A stretch of 61,680 nt of DNA, filler included, from Rhabdomonas costata (Eukaryota), in NCBI GenBank assembly GCA_019059605.1. It is 16 parts of 16 records of this genome, joined end to end, with 100 filler letters (N's around TTAATTAATTAA, not from the genome) between each part and the next. Parts side by side here need not be neighbours in the genome. Positions count along the whole stretch, not along the records: positions 23,176 to 26,957 come from JAHMHO010000542.1; positions 27,058 to 30,822 come from JAHMHO010000543.1; positions 30,923 to 34,679 come from JAHMHO010000544.1; positions 34,780 to 38,538 come from JAHMHO010000545.1; 12 more parts are not named here. The stretch is one strand, 5' to 3'. This document shows positions 25,401 through 38,638 of the stretch, piece by piece. The first letter of the stretch is position 1, and each line of letters opens with the position of its first letter. The notes below the pieces were generated by a model that searched no databases, had not been told where the DNA came from, and saw nothing but the letters and a program-made list of their open reading frames with translations. The position numbers were made by a program, and so were the translations under genes.

Positions 25401-27759
25401 GCGGCAATGACAGAACCTGCCGGAGCCCCCAATCCTGCACCCTGGATCACCAAGAGGAGGGAATGCATGGGCTGGAAGTCATGACCCGACAGTGGACAAT
25501 CGAGCTGATCTTCGGTGGGCGTTTTGACACGTGGTTCTTTACGTTACATCCAAATCTAGTGCACGACACTGTGTGTTTCCGGAGATGTGTGGAGATCGTC
25601 CGGGGCTCTTGGTGCGGCTGCTTCTGAAGCCCCAGTTTTTACAGCCAAGAAGAGGAACGGCAGAAGAACAAGCAGTGAAGCAGGACGACCACGAGGAAGG
25701 AGAAGAGCGCACCGGGCAGTGCAATGCACAATCTGAGGAACCGGAGCAAGTCAGAGGCCAGTACTCGCGGCACGGGAAAAGTAAGCGCAAGGTCGGATCC
25801 CGCAGCCAAAAGCGGGAAGGAGGGACGGACGGACGAGGAGGAACGGGGGGAGGGGGAGCGACAAATGCACAACCAAAAAAATTCAAAGTATAAAGCTCCC
25901 GCTCGCGTGGTGACCCCGGGCACCGGTCCGAACCTACCTCTCTAAGGTTAAGGGATAGGACAACCTGGCAGGGGGAGCAGTATCCTGCGGGAGAAACCAA
26001 AAAGAAAAGAATAGAAAAGAAAAAGAAAGAAAGAACCTCGCCCTCGCGGGACGCCACCATCACCGCGAGCGAGCCAAGGTGGCGTCAAGGCGGCGCAGCC
26101 GCAACACGGCCCGCCACAAGAAAGACTGAAAAAAAAACCCGCACTGTACACTTGATAATGAGCCCCGCCGCCTCTCGGGGCTGAGGGATGTGGCCGCAGC
26201 AGGGAAGGTGGGAGGGGTATTTACCCCAGGGACCCCGCACAAAGGTCAGCGATGACCAGAAAGAAGAGGCAACCAATTCCAACCCCAGGTCCTCCGCGGG
26301 TAAAGGAGGATAGGCCAAAAGCCGAAAATGGGGACAGCACCCGCCAAAAACCGAAAGCCGAAAGAAGGTGGAAGACGAGCGCGTGTGCCCCAGGAGTGCG
26401 ATGCTGGCACTGGATAGCAAGCTCCAACGTTGTCCCTTTGTGCACCCGAGGGAGGAGCACCCAGAACGAACCCGCCTAGAGACGGACCCAGTGCGCAGAG
26501 GTACAAGCGGACCATCCAGCATCGCAAGAAATTATAGCCCTTATGCTAGGGCCAACGGAAAGCCAAAGTACTCGCAGACACACCAGGGCAAGGAGTCAGT
26601 GAGGCAACCTCGAGGTACCGGAGGCTCAGCGGAAGAGGGCAACGCAACAATGGACAAGGGTCGTTCCCATGAGAAAAGGCCCCAGCCCCCAAGGAAGGAG
26701 TGTGGAGTCGCAGAGACCTGAGCAGCAATGGAGCAATGAGCATGCAGGTAGCCGCTGGAAAACAGCAGCAGCGCGACAAAGGCCCGGGACCCGTGGGGCA
26801 GAAGGGAGGTTACCAGATGAGGAACGTTCGGCGGTGAGCCGTTTCCGGTTCGCCACGGCACCGTTCGCTTCAACGGCACCTCTCGCGAGCACCCGTGGCC
26901 AACAGCGCGTGCGCCTGTTAGTCCACAGTGGTCACCAACAACCAGTCAACAACACAANNNNNNNNNNNNNNNNNNNNNNNNNNNNNNNNNNNNNNNNNNN
27001 NTTAATTAATTAANNNNNNNNNNNNNNNNNNNNNNNNNNNNNNNNNNNNNNNNNNNNCTGCGCGCGTCTTAGGGGCAGCTTTTCTTTTCTTTCCATCATC
27101 GCTCTCCTTCACGGGTGTGTGTCTTTTCTGTCTTTACATCGCACAAACATACACAAATACGAACAAACAGACACAGCTGTCCCTAAGTCAAAGAATAATG
27201 ACTTTTTTCCTCTCCTACAAACTGTGAACAATGCTGTCATGATGGACGTTGTGGGGACCTCACCATATTCGCTGGGTGACATCCACCATGGTCTCTCCCG
27301 GAGGGGACGGGACCGGATTGAATTCATAACTCGAGTGGCGGGTTCGGGCTCACATTTGGTGGAATGGCAGTACTCCTGAGATGAGTTGGTTGGCCGCTTA
27401 CCAGCCTCGGACTCCAGGCTGAGAAATGACCCGCGCTATGCCCCTTGAAGCTCCCATTTTGACCCTCTTAACGGCATTTTGGACTTCGAAAAATTGGAAG
27501 GACTTTTCGCGCTTGCTTTACCTTGGGCTTGAGTTTTGATAAGAGAAAGAACTGTAGGCCTACACATCCACCCACCTGGCACGCCGGTGTGCCAGCACTA
27601 ATTTTTCTTCTTCTTATCACTCTCTTCCGCATGCAAGTCCGAGGTCGCTGGACCTTCTATTCGTGCTTCGAGGAAAGTGAAAGTGAGACGAAAGAGCAAC
27701 CACCACAGAAAAACAAAACACTCATGCATGGAGAGTAGAATTTCAAACAGGCTGCATAC

Positions 27760-29061
27760 CCGGGACATTAGAAGGTCCAATCGGCCTTGGAGCTGCCGCA
27801 AACGTGCAAAGGTGGAAAGATGTTCCCTGTTCCATACAAACCAAACGAAAGGTAAGGCCGCACACAACGTCCGAGTTGAAAGAAGGACTGCCGAGCGCAA
27901 ACGTTGTGCACAAGACCACAAGGTCACGGGTTGGTTCGAAACACCCTCGCACATAACTCGGGTTCGGTCAGAATTATCTAGGAAGGGGGCAAACAGTCAT
28001 CCCCCCCCCCCGACTTGTGAGTAAGCACCAAAAAGCAGCGGAAACAGCTGACGCATGCGGCACACCTGACAACATGAACCACGGGAAGCAGCAGCGTGGA
28101 AACCTCAGGCTGGCTCATCAGAAACACGGAGTGGGTAACCACCAGTTCCTTGATCCACGGCAAGACCTCTTGTGCCCGTGACGCCTTCAGCTGGAAAATC
28201 TGAGCACATCTATTGGGAAACGCGGAGCTGCTTTCTTTACAACCCGCAAGGAGAGGCAGAAAAGCAGGAACTCGCGGTTAATAAACGTCACTCTCTGAAC
28301 ACTGAGAGCAACAGGAAAAGGACAACCCGGAAAATCTGTAAAACCCTGGGAGAAGTTGCCAGCTCTCGCAACGCTCGGCAACACTCGACAATTACCCGGG
28401 GGAAATGGCCTTCCAGTGCTATTTTGGACGTTTAGCTTCATCCATCTCGCGACCCTGATAATCTGACTGAAAAGCGGGAGAAAAGGCCAGGAAAAGCCGA
28501 AGACTCTGCGGGCGCCTTCTGGCGCCCGACTCGCCCTTTGGGCAGACGCCGGGCGACTTACCTTTAAAAGGAAAACAAACCCTCTCAGAAGAACAAGAGC
28601 CAGGGCAGGGTCCAGCTTTGCGATGGACGCTGCGCGAACAGAAGAAGGGGTTGTCCTCAGAATGCTGTCAAGCATTGTAAAGTCTTCCGAGTGCAGAGCC
28701 TGGGCCAGCGCCGTGGAGACATTGGCAGAGAGTGCTTTCGAACCCTGAAAACACATTAGAATCGAGAATATCGCCAAAAGTTGGTTTGGCTTGGAAATAA
28801 GGCCAGTGCCCCAAAAATACCCCCCCCAAAAAAAACCTCACTAAACCGCGCCAAATAATCCGATCCATAATTACCAGAGGCAGAGTGGAAAAATGGATTA
28901 TGCAAACTCCCGAACAGAACAGGCACACCGCCTCCCTTCGAGCTGCCGTTTCAGCTCTCGCAGCAGAAGCCTGCTTCACTCGCAAGCTGAGTGCTTTCTC
29001 TTGCTCTGGAAGAAGGTCTGCGCCATGAGCAGGTTGAATGCGATGCTTGCTCTTGTTTTTG
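27760..29061 (-). CDS. Dip2/Utp12-domain protein (WDR43/Utp5-like C-terminus), spliced, partial
   Basis: Exons 29061-28929, 28744-28562, 28190-28066 and 27826-27760 join in phase. They read LAQALHSED..MLDSIL, LPWIKELVVTHSVFLMSQP and LRQLQGRLDLL, the Utp12 domain signature. Confidence 0.82.
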
Positions 29062-29064
29062 CTG

Positions 29065-30308
29065 ATTCAGAAGCTCCATCGTAGCCTCGTCCCTGAACAC
29101 CACCACCCCAGGGGTGTACACAATGGCGTGGGTGTACAAGGTGGAAGCGGCCCCGCGGTTGAGGTCATAGTATGGTGCTGCCTCCGCAGCGGAGAGGCAG
29201 GGGTACAGGCTGCTGGCTCGGCACAGGGACTCCTCTTGGGTCTGGGCCCCGCTTAGGAACCCCCCGCCAGGGTTTTGGGCCGAGGCAAAGTTCAGGCAGA
29301 CCACGGAGGGCAACGGTAAGGGGAGCGTCAAGTCAGGGCGCGAGCAGGAAGAAGGGTGACATGTTGTGAGTATTGAAAGGTGGAACCGCCATGAGAACTA
29401 AGTGCGGCCCAAACTAAACCACAGCTGGCAACACTGCGATCAACGTCAGCGATGGTGGCGCTGGACACTCGTCGCAGTGTTGAGACACATCGAAGACGGG
29501 ACAACGCGTGGATGAAGCACCGAGTTGATGACCGTTTCCAAAACAACAAATTATGAGGGGGTGACAATCGAGGGCAAATTATAAGGCACTGACTACATTG
29601 GGGTGGGGGTGGGGATGCACATGTGTGTTCGATACGAATGCCCAACCTTTAGACCCCTGCTCACTGGGACAGGATACTTTCAATAGAATAGCTCGTGGTT
29701 TGGTGATCTTTCTCATAGTTAATCGATTAATTAATGTGCCGCAAGGTACCAAAATTTGTCATCCGGCGTCTACGGATTTCATTCATCACGTCAGAAGGGC
29801 CACCTACGAGCTTACTTGGGTTGCCATAAGACGCATAGCACGGCCTCACACGCGCTGTTACAGATGAGCGTTCCTGGCCGATTGCCGCAGCAAGGGGCTG
29901 TCGCCAGGTTGCTGCTGCCGCCCCCTCCTTTCTGCAAGGCTGTGACCGGACCCTCGGGGGAATGGGCTGAAGGGTCTCCACGCACCGGCGGGCCGCCTCC
30001 AGGGTTCGCTCCGGGGTCACCTCAATGCGAGTCTGCAGGGCGGGCTGTGGAGATGGAGGGCGGTGGAGCCTGCCCGGCTCCGTCTCAGGGGGGAGGTAGA
30101 CTCGGGTGTTCTGGCGGGCGTGCTCGCAGCGGTCCCGGATATCCACCACCGCGCCGGATTGGGAGGCGGGGTAGGAGCCCTGCCGCACGATGTTCAGGGT
30201 CTCCTGTGCCACCGCGGTGTTGGGTGTACGGGCAGCACCACCGGAGGTCGAGCCCCCCGTGGAGGGGCGGGGCTGCCGCTGTGGGGTCTTGACCTTGTCT
30301 TTTTTCAT
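29065..30308 (-). CDS. TIGR02452/DUF2263 microbial PARG-like macrodomain protein, N-terminal half only
   Basis: ATG at 30308. Motifs AQETLNIVRQGSY, TRIEVT..TLEAARR(LAE), LNFASAQNPGGGFLSGAQTQEESLCRASSLYPCL and IVYTPGVVVFRDE. Proposed exons 30308-29986, 29939-29892 and 29317-~29065. Confidence 0.9.
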
Positions 30309-33300
30309 TTTGAAGCCTGTGGAAACCGAAAGCAAAGTACCAAAATAATAAAGAGCTGAGAACGTATTATAAAAGTCACTGTTTTGACATCCAGTGTGTC
30401 TATGAACAGAAGATCCCTTTTTTTGCATGCCATTTTCGCAGGGGCCAGAACCCACACTGCTTTTTCTGCAATGTGCAAGCCGGCCCTTTTAAAAAATATT
30501 TCGTCGAATTTTTTTTTCGTAATTTTTTGCAACTGCTCCACAATGGCCAGCCCTGCAATGTGTTCCAGACGTTAGGGTGAGTACAACTGAGGATTTTTGA
30601 CCTCACTTTTGACGTTGGACACGTGCTGTATGCCGCAAAAAAAGTAGGGGAAGGTTCGGGGTAGAAAAATGGCCTGAACTGGAAAAACAGCCACTTGAAC
30701 GACACGGAGTGGTCGCATTAGCATTGATACCCACTGTATGCTATCCGTCACGGTGCCCCTGCGACCACTCCGTGTCGTTCAAGTGGCTGTTTTTCCAGTT
30801 CAGGCCATTTTTCTACCCCCAANNNNNNNNNNNNNNNNNNNNNNNNNNNNNNNNNNNNNNNNNNNNTTAATTAATTAANNNNNNNNNNNNNNNNNNNNNN
30901 NNNNNNNNNNNNNNNNNNNNNNGCCTGCTACATCCACTGTAGAAGGCTACCTCTAGTAACAATATTGTCTGACCCTTTCACCAAAGTTTGTGCCGCCTCT
31001 ACCTTCTATCGTCTCTTCACCGCGTGGACATCGGATATCAAAAATGTGTCCTTGCTGCGTTAATCTTCGACTGCGGTGTGGCATTACACTACTCTCTGGA
31101 ACTGTTGCTTCCAGAGTCGATCATGAAGATATCACTGAAAACAGATTTGGAACTCCTGGCAATGCAACCAAAGCGGTAGATTCACCGAAAGAAAACTTGG
31201 TACCACATCTTTTCCTTTATTACACGGAGTGAGAAACTCAGTACTGAAAAAGTAGTATAGCCATAACGCATCGCATACAATTCTATGCCTAACGATACTA
31301 CTTCCCAAAGTAGGTTTAGGCCTTTCTAATGCCTGATCCAATGTCTGCAGCCATTTCTCCATCAGTTCGTTCTGTATGTTCCCATACAATCACAGCTTAC
31401 AAGCAGATACTGCAATTGCTCGTCGTTTTCAAACCGATTCATTGACAAAAGATTTTGACACTTCATGAGCTGCTTGTAGGAACTCTAAAATTACATTTTA
31501 CAATTTTCTATAGTCTCCATACAATGTTGTCGTCACAAGTCTACGGATGAAAGTTTTCCCAGCGCACTAGCAAAGTCTACCTAATCTCTGAGCGTCTGAT
31601 TTTGGGTATTTATTACAATTGCAAATGAGCCCAAATCTTCCGTAGCATACACAGTTGCAACTTGGACTGTAACTCTCCAAAAAATTTCCTTTATTCAACT
31701 GCAACAACAACGAAAGAATTTAGCTGCATTAACATCGCATATTTGGAATCCCGGATATTTTCCGTGATTCTCCTGCAATCCACCCCCTCACAAGGATTCA
31801 TGCTATCCCCTTCACCCCACACGTAGATGATGAGATCATACTGAATACTAGCCAGAGTATAACCACATTTTCCTTGCAGCTTCCAAAAAGCTCCTTCCAC
31901 TGCATTTTACTGGATGGAGCAACTGTGACAGGCACTGCCTCTGTCTCTGCAACTCATCCACGGCAGCCCACCTCTAAATCTTAATCTCTGCACAATATTG
32001 TCCTCCAATTATTGCTTCGACTTCTGCTGCGCTTCCAGCTGCCGAAACTGCGAAGATACATGCAACAAAAAAGTCGCTTGATGTGTTTGTGCGCACTTTC
32101 TACAGACATCTTAAATCATCTCAGCCACAACCATACTACGCAAGCTTTTTTCTGCGCTGCTCAAGTTACAAAATCAACTGGAACATGAACACCACACTCA
32201 ACCCAACACAGAGCACGTGGTTTTGCTTTCAACTAAGCAACCGAGTGGCACAGCAAATCTATTTTTCAACCCCTCTGACTTTGTCTTGATTGTCTCAATT
32301 ATGTCCCTCTTTGGAAACATTCCAGCTCTGTGCAAACTCGCTCTGCTTCAGATCTACTCTTGTACGACCGCTTTACTCTTGCAAGACTTCTGACTCTGGC
32401 TTTTGACACTCGGCAATTTCGTACCGAGCTCATCTTTTTTTTTACTTTCATCATTATGAACTTTGCTTTTGACACTTTGATGATGCGTGATGATCTTCTG
32501 GTGCTTTGTCCATTGCAATCTCCTTATCTATTGTTCTTTTCTCTCTACCTTTCCCGGGATTTTGCTCCACTTGGCTCTCCAGGTCGGAAATATCTCCCTT
32601 ACTACTCACCGTGTGTAACTTCACTTCCTGACGTCTTTTGCCTCTTACTCCAATGGTTGTGGCCTTCCCATGGTACCAAAACTCCCTCTCCAAGCTGCGA
32701 AACTGCGAGACTGGAGTTGACTGCCTATGGTAGACTTTCTGTGACTTCACACGCACTCTGTAACGTTTCCTCTTTCGACTCATCAACGAGACTCTTACAC
32801 AACCTCGTCATGCAACTTGGCTCCGCAGCTTATCAAACCAAACCGGATGATCTCAGTCTCTCGCTCCATCTTGCTACCTCCCTCCATCTCCATCCCTCCC
32901 TCCCTCTCCATTTTTCGCTCTCTCTTTCGTCATCGCCAAATCAAACTACAGTTGAGCTCTAAGTAGCATTAATGCAAGGCAAACGTTGTTCTGCACAAAG
33001 ACCAACCTCAGGTAAAGCACGCTAGACGCTCAGTCTTCACAAACGTAATCTCTTTTAGAACCATTTAGCTTTCACGAACAACTTATCTTGCAAACTTAAT
33101 ACCTGCGCTATTTTGCCTCTGACACGTTGCCAGTGGTTTTCTGCTGCGTGTTGCGGATTGGGTGGCGTTTTTGTCTCGGAATTTATCAGCTTCTATGGAT
33201 TATTTAGCTCCTGACCAAATTTCTCGTCCTTCACCTCAAGCAGGTGTTTGTGTGCGCCTCTTGCCGTCGCCAATATTTCAAAGGAACTACGTTGTAACGG

Positions 33301-33715
33301 CCTGAGCGTGGAAAATCCCTCAAACTTGGCTCTGCAAAATTATATTTGGCGGTGGCACAAAAAGTGTTTTCGGTATTTAACTGAAAACGTGTTGTGATCA
33401 AGAACTTAATATGTCAACATTAAAATTGGCAAAAGGAGGTGGATTTCTACAAACTGGTTGGTTATAAGAAGCAAACTACGTGTCGACGAGAGAAAATAAT
33501 CGCACGAATCCCTTTAATTGCCTCTAATTGTTTCCCTTACCACAAAATCACATGGAGATCTTGAACAGAACAAAAATAAAAAGACACACTTAGGCGTTGA
33601 TGATTTCCGCTGGACATGGAGTTCCAGTCGGTTGCCAGTATCATCATGTAATCGCAATTTTTTTCACGAGCAATTTATTTTCCTCAAAGCCAATGGATAA
33701 TCATCTCACGGAAAA

Positions 33716-34679
33716 CTGACGTTTCCCCGATGTCCCTTACTTCTCATCACGTTTCTAGACATTCTCTTTTCTTTCGCCTGCCCACTCTTTCTTTCTTCCT
33801 CACTTCCATGTCACTAAACCGATGAGATCCATCTCTTCGGACGCTGGCCCTCCATCGAAGGCCTCCCGAGTCGACTGGAACCATTCCGCGGATATCCTGG
33901 ATGCCACTCGACCTCTGTGAGCCAAACTCTCCAACATTTTCGTCAAAGTGGAGACGTTTGAGCGAAGCGCTGCCTCTGGTGGTCCTTGTCCCTCGCAACC
34001 CCATCATTGCCATTTATCCGCCAGACCGGAGGCTCTGAAGCAGATCAAGGCTGACCACGGCACTCCTCCCATCATCACACTCTTTCTCACTACCATTTCC
34101 GCTCTTCTCCACTCGGTGGTCGACGAGCACCACCTTGCCCTCATCCAGCAATGCTACTAGCACGCCCTGCACCTGCGGATGTTACCTCCCAGGTACCCAC
34201 CCAGGGCCCGTGTTTGCCCACACCGACACTGCCCACTCCATATCCCTACACCCCCTACCCCATTCAAGCATCACTTCCACCGCACCACGCCGTACCGCTA
34301 CTTACTGCCTCCGGTTTCCAATATGCCTCCTGGTGCCCTCTTGCACCTTCTGGGTAATGTGCGGTTTGTTGAATATCAGGGGCGTATGTTTTATTGGGCG
34401 GAACAGGGCTACCTACATGATTTTAGCCTTCCGCCTCGTAGCCCGTGCAATGTGTGTCAGGACTTGCACTGGGCGTGGCAATTCCCGCTGATTCAGCCTG
34501 CCCGTCCGTGACCCCCAGGCACCATACTCCCCCTCCTTCACAGGAGGTGGCCAGGCCGTGCTGCCCATCTCCGAGTAAGGTCCTCGCACGTCCCGTCGGT
34601 CAGCCCTTGCCTTCCCCTAGCCCTGCGGCCATCTCTCACACCACCACATCTGTCCTCAACCTCTCTACACTCACACGGG
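33716..34679 (+). mobile_element. Interspersed repeat with a decayed gag-like ORF (33822-34511, two internal stops)
   Basis: A single frame with two premature stops ends in CNVCQDLHWAWQFP, resembling a CCHC knuckle. Its 5' 300 nt are homologous to 34797-35087 on the opposite strand in another contig. Confidence 0.5.
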
Positions 34680-34796
34680 NNNNNNNNNNNNNNNNNNNNN
34701 NNNNNNNNNNNNNNNNNNNNNNNTTAATTAATTAANNNNNNNNNNNNNNNNNNNNNNNNNNNNNNNNNNNNNNNNNNNNGGGGTGGGGGTGGAAGT

Positions 34797-35087
34797 GTAA
34801 TGATGGAGTTGAGAGGGACGAGAAACACCCGAGGCAGAGCTACGCCCCAACGTCTCCATTATTACGGAAAGATTGGAGAGTTGGGCTCCCAGAGCTCGAG
34901 TGGACTCCAGGATATCCGAGGAATGGTTCGCGTCGACTCGGTCGGCCTTAGATGGAGGGCCAGCGTCCGAAGAGTTGGATCTCATCGGTACAGCAACAGG
35001 AAGGAAGAAAGAAATATGGGGGCCTGCAAAAGAAAATATAATGTCAAGGAACGTGATGAGAAGGAAGGGACATCGGGGAAACGTCAG
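34797..35087 (-). repeat. Second copy of the 5' end of the 33716 repeat
   Basis: The reverse complement aligns with 33716-34012 (ctgacgtttccccgatgtccctt...ccgatgagatcca.ctcttcggacgctggccctccatc). Confidence 0.85.
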
Positions 35088-38000
35088 ATCTTTTACTGGT
35101 AGCAAATAGTCACAATGATTCACTAAAGGTTTAAGATTTAATTATTTTCTAAATCATAAATTACAACAGGACTGCTATGAAAACTCTATTGTGTGAATAT
35201 AATTGAATTAGTATTTACTTTTGTTTAGCACAAGTTCACAGAATATTGGCAACACTTGAAATATGTCAAAATCAACTGGAACAATTACTAAATGCATTTT
35301 GTATTCTGTAAGTCAAACTAAAACAACATATTAACAATTGAAAAGCAGCGCGTGACACAGGCATTTTCACTCAACAGGTGGAACGTTTGTGGTGGGAAAC
35401 TACACGAAAGCTTGGTGCATATTAATTCTTCAACAGTTTCTCAGAAATTATTCATAGAACTATGGAAATATGACAAGTTGACTCCAATTTTAACAAATAA
35501 ATGCGTTGGAAACGGGTTTTTACTGTACAAGTATTCAACGTAGTTCTAATAATGATCATCGAAATTACCATTATTGACGTCATTAAAATATCAAAACTGA
35601 ACCACAGAGAGATGATAATATTACAAACAAATGCTGTATAGACGTAACATTTTTCGCGTATTGTTAATTTACAATTAAGTCACAAAAATTAGCAATTTAT
35701 TACTAGAAGCATCATAATTATCAACTTTATTAACAGAAAACTCGAGTTTAAATTGAACACAGTGTTCACTTATATAATAGACGTCACCCAAATTGTAGTT
35801 TTCAATGTACATTATAACGTGCGCTAAATTGTGGACTTTTGGGCATTTTTTAAAATAATAATCAACACCACATGGGTCAGATTCACTGGAAATGAACCAG
35901 AACCACAGACTCTGGCCACATGGCATGCAGATGCATTAGTATAAAAACGTTGTGGCTTCATCTTCACGGTAATGAGGGCAGAACTCCATGCCTAATGAAA
36001 CGATATCATACATAAAACTCCAGCTTAGACCATCACGTTTTCATTTACATTCAGCTGAACCGGCACTTTACTTCAATACAGATGTCTAACCTCTGCATCA
36101 TATCCACAACTCATATCCTCTTCCTTTTCAATTTCATATCACCTAATATACATAAGTCATGTAATAAGTCACAGTTATTTAATCAAAGACGTTATTCAGA
36201 GCCGATTTATCTTCTTTAATATGACACAAACGTAACATATGAAAATATTTTACATCCTTATCGAAATTTGGAATGTTTGTGGGACCCATGAATGTTTTTC
36301 ACAAAAACCAAGATAGAAGGCACATCTCGTTTGGTTTGTACATAATTTGTTTTTGGTAGTTTTTGAGCGCGCAAAGCTCTTAAAACCTTTATGGCAATCC
36401 ATAAAGCCTCACACCATTAGTGTCCAATTAAGATTTAGTACACATTTTAACAAGCATGCGTAATATACCAGAACCTTATTCCTCGATCGTAAAATAGCTG
36501 AAATGAGACAATACACGTGGTCATGGAAAGACATTTGCACATACTTAAAAGCTCCAGTTTTACATCCACACTTGACCATTGTGAGTGGTAATAACTCGAT
36601 AAACCCATACACAATCTCCTCTAAACAACCACATAATCTAGTCTTTACAACTTGTTTTACATGAACAAAAATATTTTACTGGTCAGATATTCCAGAAGGA
36701 ACAAAGATTCTGAAATAAAGCCAATCTTTTTTCTTCCAAATTTTGATTTTATCAAACCAAAGTTCATGCCTTCCACAAAATTTAAGGCATACAACTAAAA
36801 CGCCACTAAATGGCACTTTACATTCACAAATAGTAGTAAAACGCTTACACATTTGAAGTCTTTTTTACTCCATTTAATTTGAAGGTTTTTTGAAATTTAA
36901 CGTCTTCTTTACTTTCAGGTCAATTATTTGAATTATTTTTCAGTCATTTTGTATTCGCGATGGTGTGCAAAACTCATTTCAAAAGCAACTGTGACTGTGA
37001 AGTCCTAAAGTACCATCAAACAAGGCGCCGTTATAGCAGCACGTAAAATGGGTCATAATGCTTGTTGAAAATTACTTTTGACATTTTATTTGAAACGGTG
37101 ATATGTTTGAATTGAAACAGACTCACGGAGCAACCAATAATGCAACCATACTTGACATTCAACCCTAACCGTATCACTTACCATAATCCAAGTGAGAGAC
37201 TATGTTAGCGCTCACGGTGAACATCTAAAATCACATTAAATAACGTTTTCAATTCAGTATATTACATTCATGATAATGTAATTGCTATTTTATTGCTTTT
37301 TTGATTTTGTATTGTAGTTTACTCGTGAGATTATGTAAAATTATAAACAGTTGCTTTAGTGCTTTTTATGCATGGATTTTAAACGTTTGGTTGCTAAGTG
37401 CACGTTGCAAAGAATAATACATAGAAATTTTCTTCCAAACTCACTTTTAAAAATAGACACATCTGTTTAAGAATTAACTCCGTGAAACCTCCAGCAATAA
37501 ACACAATGCTTCCACAACCAAGATGTCTTCTCTTTGGCAGACGTATAAAACTGCTGCACATTTTGAGTACATTTTGATTGTGAATTTATACCAATCTGTC
37601 ATCTACTGAAGACTTATTGATTTTTTGGTTTGACATGTTTGTTAATTTTACATTGTTTTGCAAAATATAAGTCGAAAAGTTTACGAAATAATACCAGCGT
37701 TGACATAATTCACATTTGTTAATGTGTGGAAGCTTCTTATTTCACCTGTAATTGAATATGTGTAATTTTACTTATGTACTATTTTCAATAAATTTAATGC
37801 AGTTTACGTCTGCAGATTATGCATCTGAATGGTAATATTTGTGCGCTGGCGTGGTTTCACGATATCACATAATTCACAGCTTTACATTTCATATCAAGAA
37901 TTACCATTTAAACGAACAAACAAACGAACACTACAAACCTGATACACAGAAAACGTTTTACGTTTGCAATTGAAAGAAAACTGTAACAAATTGTGTCGAG

Positions 38001-38185
38001 ACGTTTGTGCATATGAAATGCAAACAACAACGTTGTGGACGACTGTAAACACAAATTACTCAACGTGTTACATTTTACTCAAAGTTGTTTTTTGAGGCGC
38101 TCGTATACGACGCGCACCCCCCATACACAAGTATACAACATGCACACCAATGCACTCCGGGAAGAACCCCCAACAAACATCACGT

Positions 38186-38538
38186 CTAAGCCAGAAGCCA
38201 AGAAGTATCAGCGTGTCTAAAGAGACGCTTTCTTTCCAAGGAGAAGCATAATGCCCCTTGGTGAACAAACTCGGCCTCGGAGTGATTTAGAGCAATGTGT
38301 TTGTAACCCAAAGCAGAGAGATTGGTCCTGTAAACGCGTAGCCTGTCTGAAACAACCCAGCCCCCCGGAGACACAAAACGAGTGACCAAAGGAAGTACCT
38401 CATCGCTATTTGCAGGGCCAAAACGACGAGAGCCGTCAGCTGCAAGTTTCTTAAAATGAGTGACCACCAACCTCCCAGATTCTTGGTCCACCGCCCCCAT
38501 ACATCAAGCATCACAGTGGACGGCCTGCCTTTGTGACC
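38186..38538 (-). mobile_element. Merlin/IS1595 (ISXO2-like) DDE transposase fragment, degenerate
   Basis: WGAVDQESG...EVLPLVTRFVSPGGWVVSDRLRVY..L...GYKHIALNHSEAEFV matches the ISXO2-like core. The downstream HTNxIE motif is not intact. Confidence 0.8.
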
Positions 38539-38638
38539 NNNNNNNNNNNNNNNNNNNNNNNNNNNNNNNNNNNNNNNNNNNNTTAATTAATTAANNNNNN
38601 NNNNNNNNNNNNNNNNNNNNNNNNNNNNNNNNNNNNNN

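Noticed and set aside
23219-25484. BRCT-like (VTHLV) and UVR-like (AALLRQRI) peptides
   Set aside because: Matches are too short and no coherent gene model was found.
25950-26957. Possible tyrosine-recombinase retroelement remnant (TPHSF-like motif)
   Set aside because: Catalytic motifs could not be assembled in any frame.
32330-32962. 210-aa plus-strand ORF
   Set aside because: Leu/Ser-rich translation of pyrimidine-rich DNA, with no ATG context or domain.
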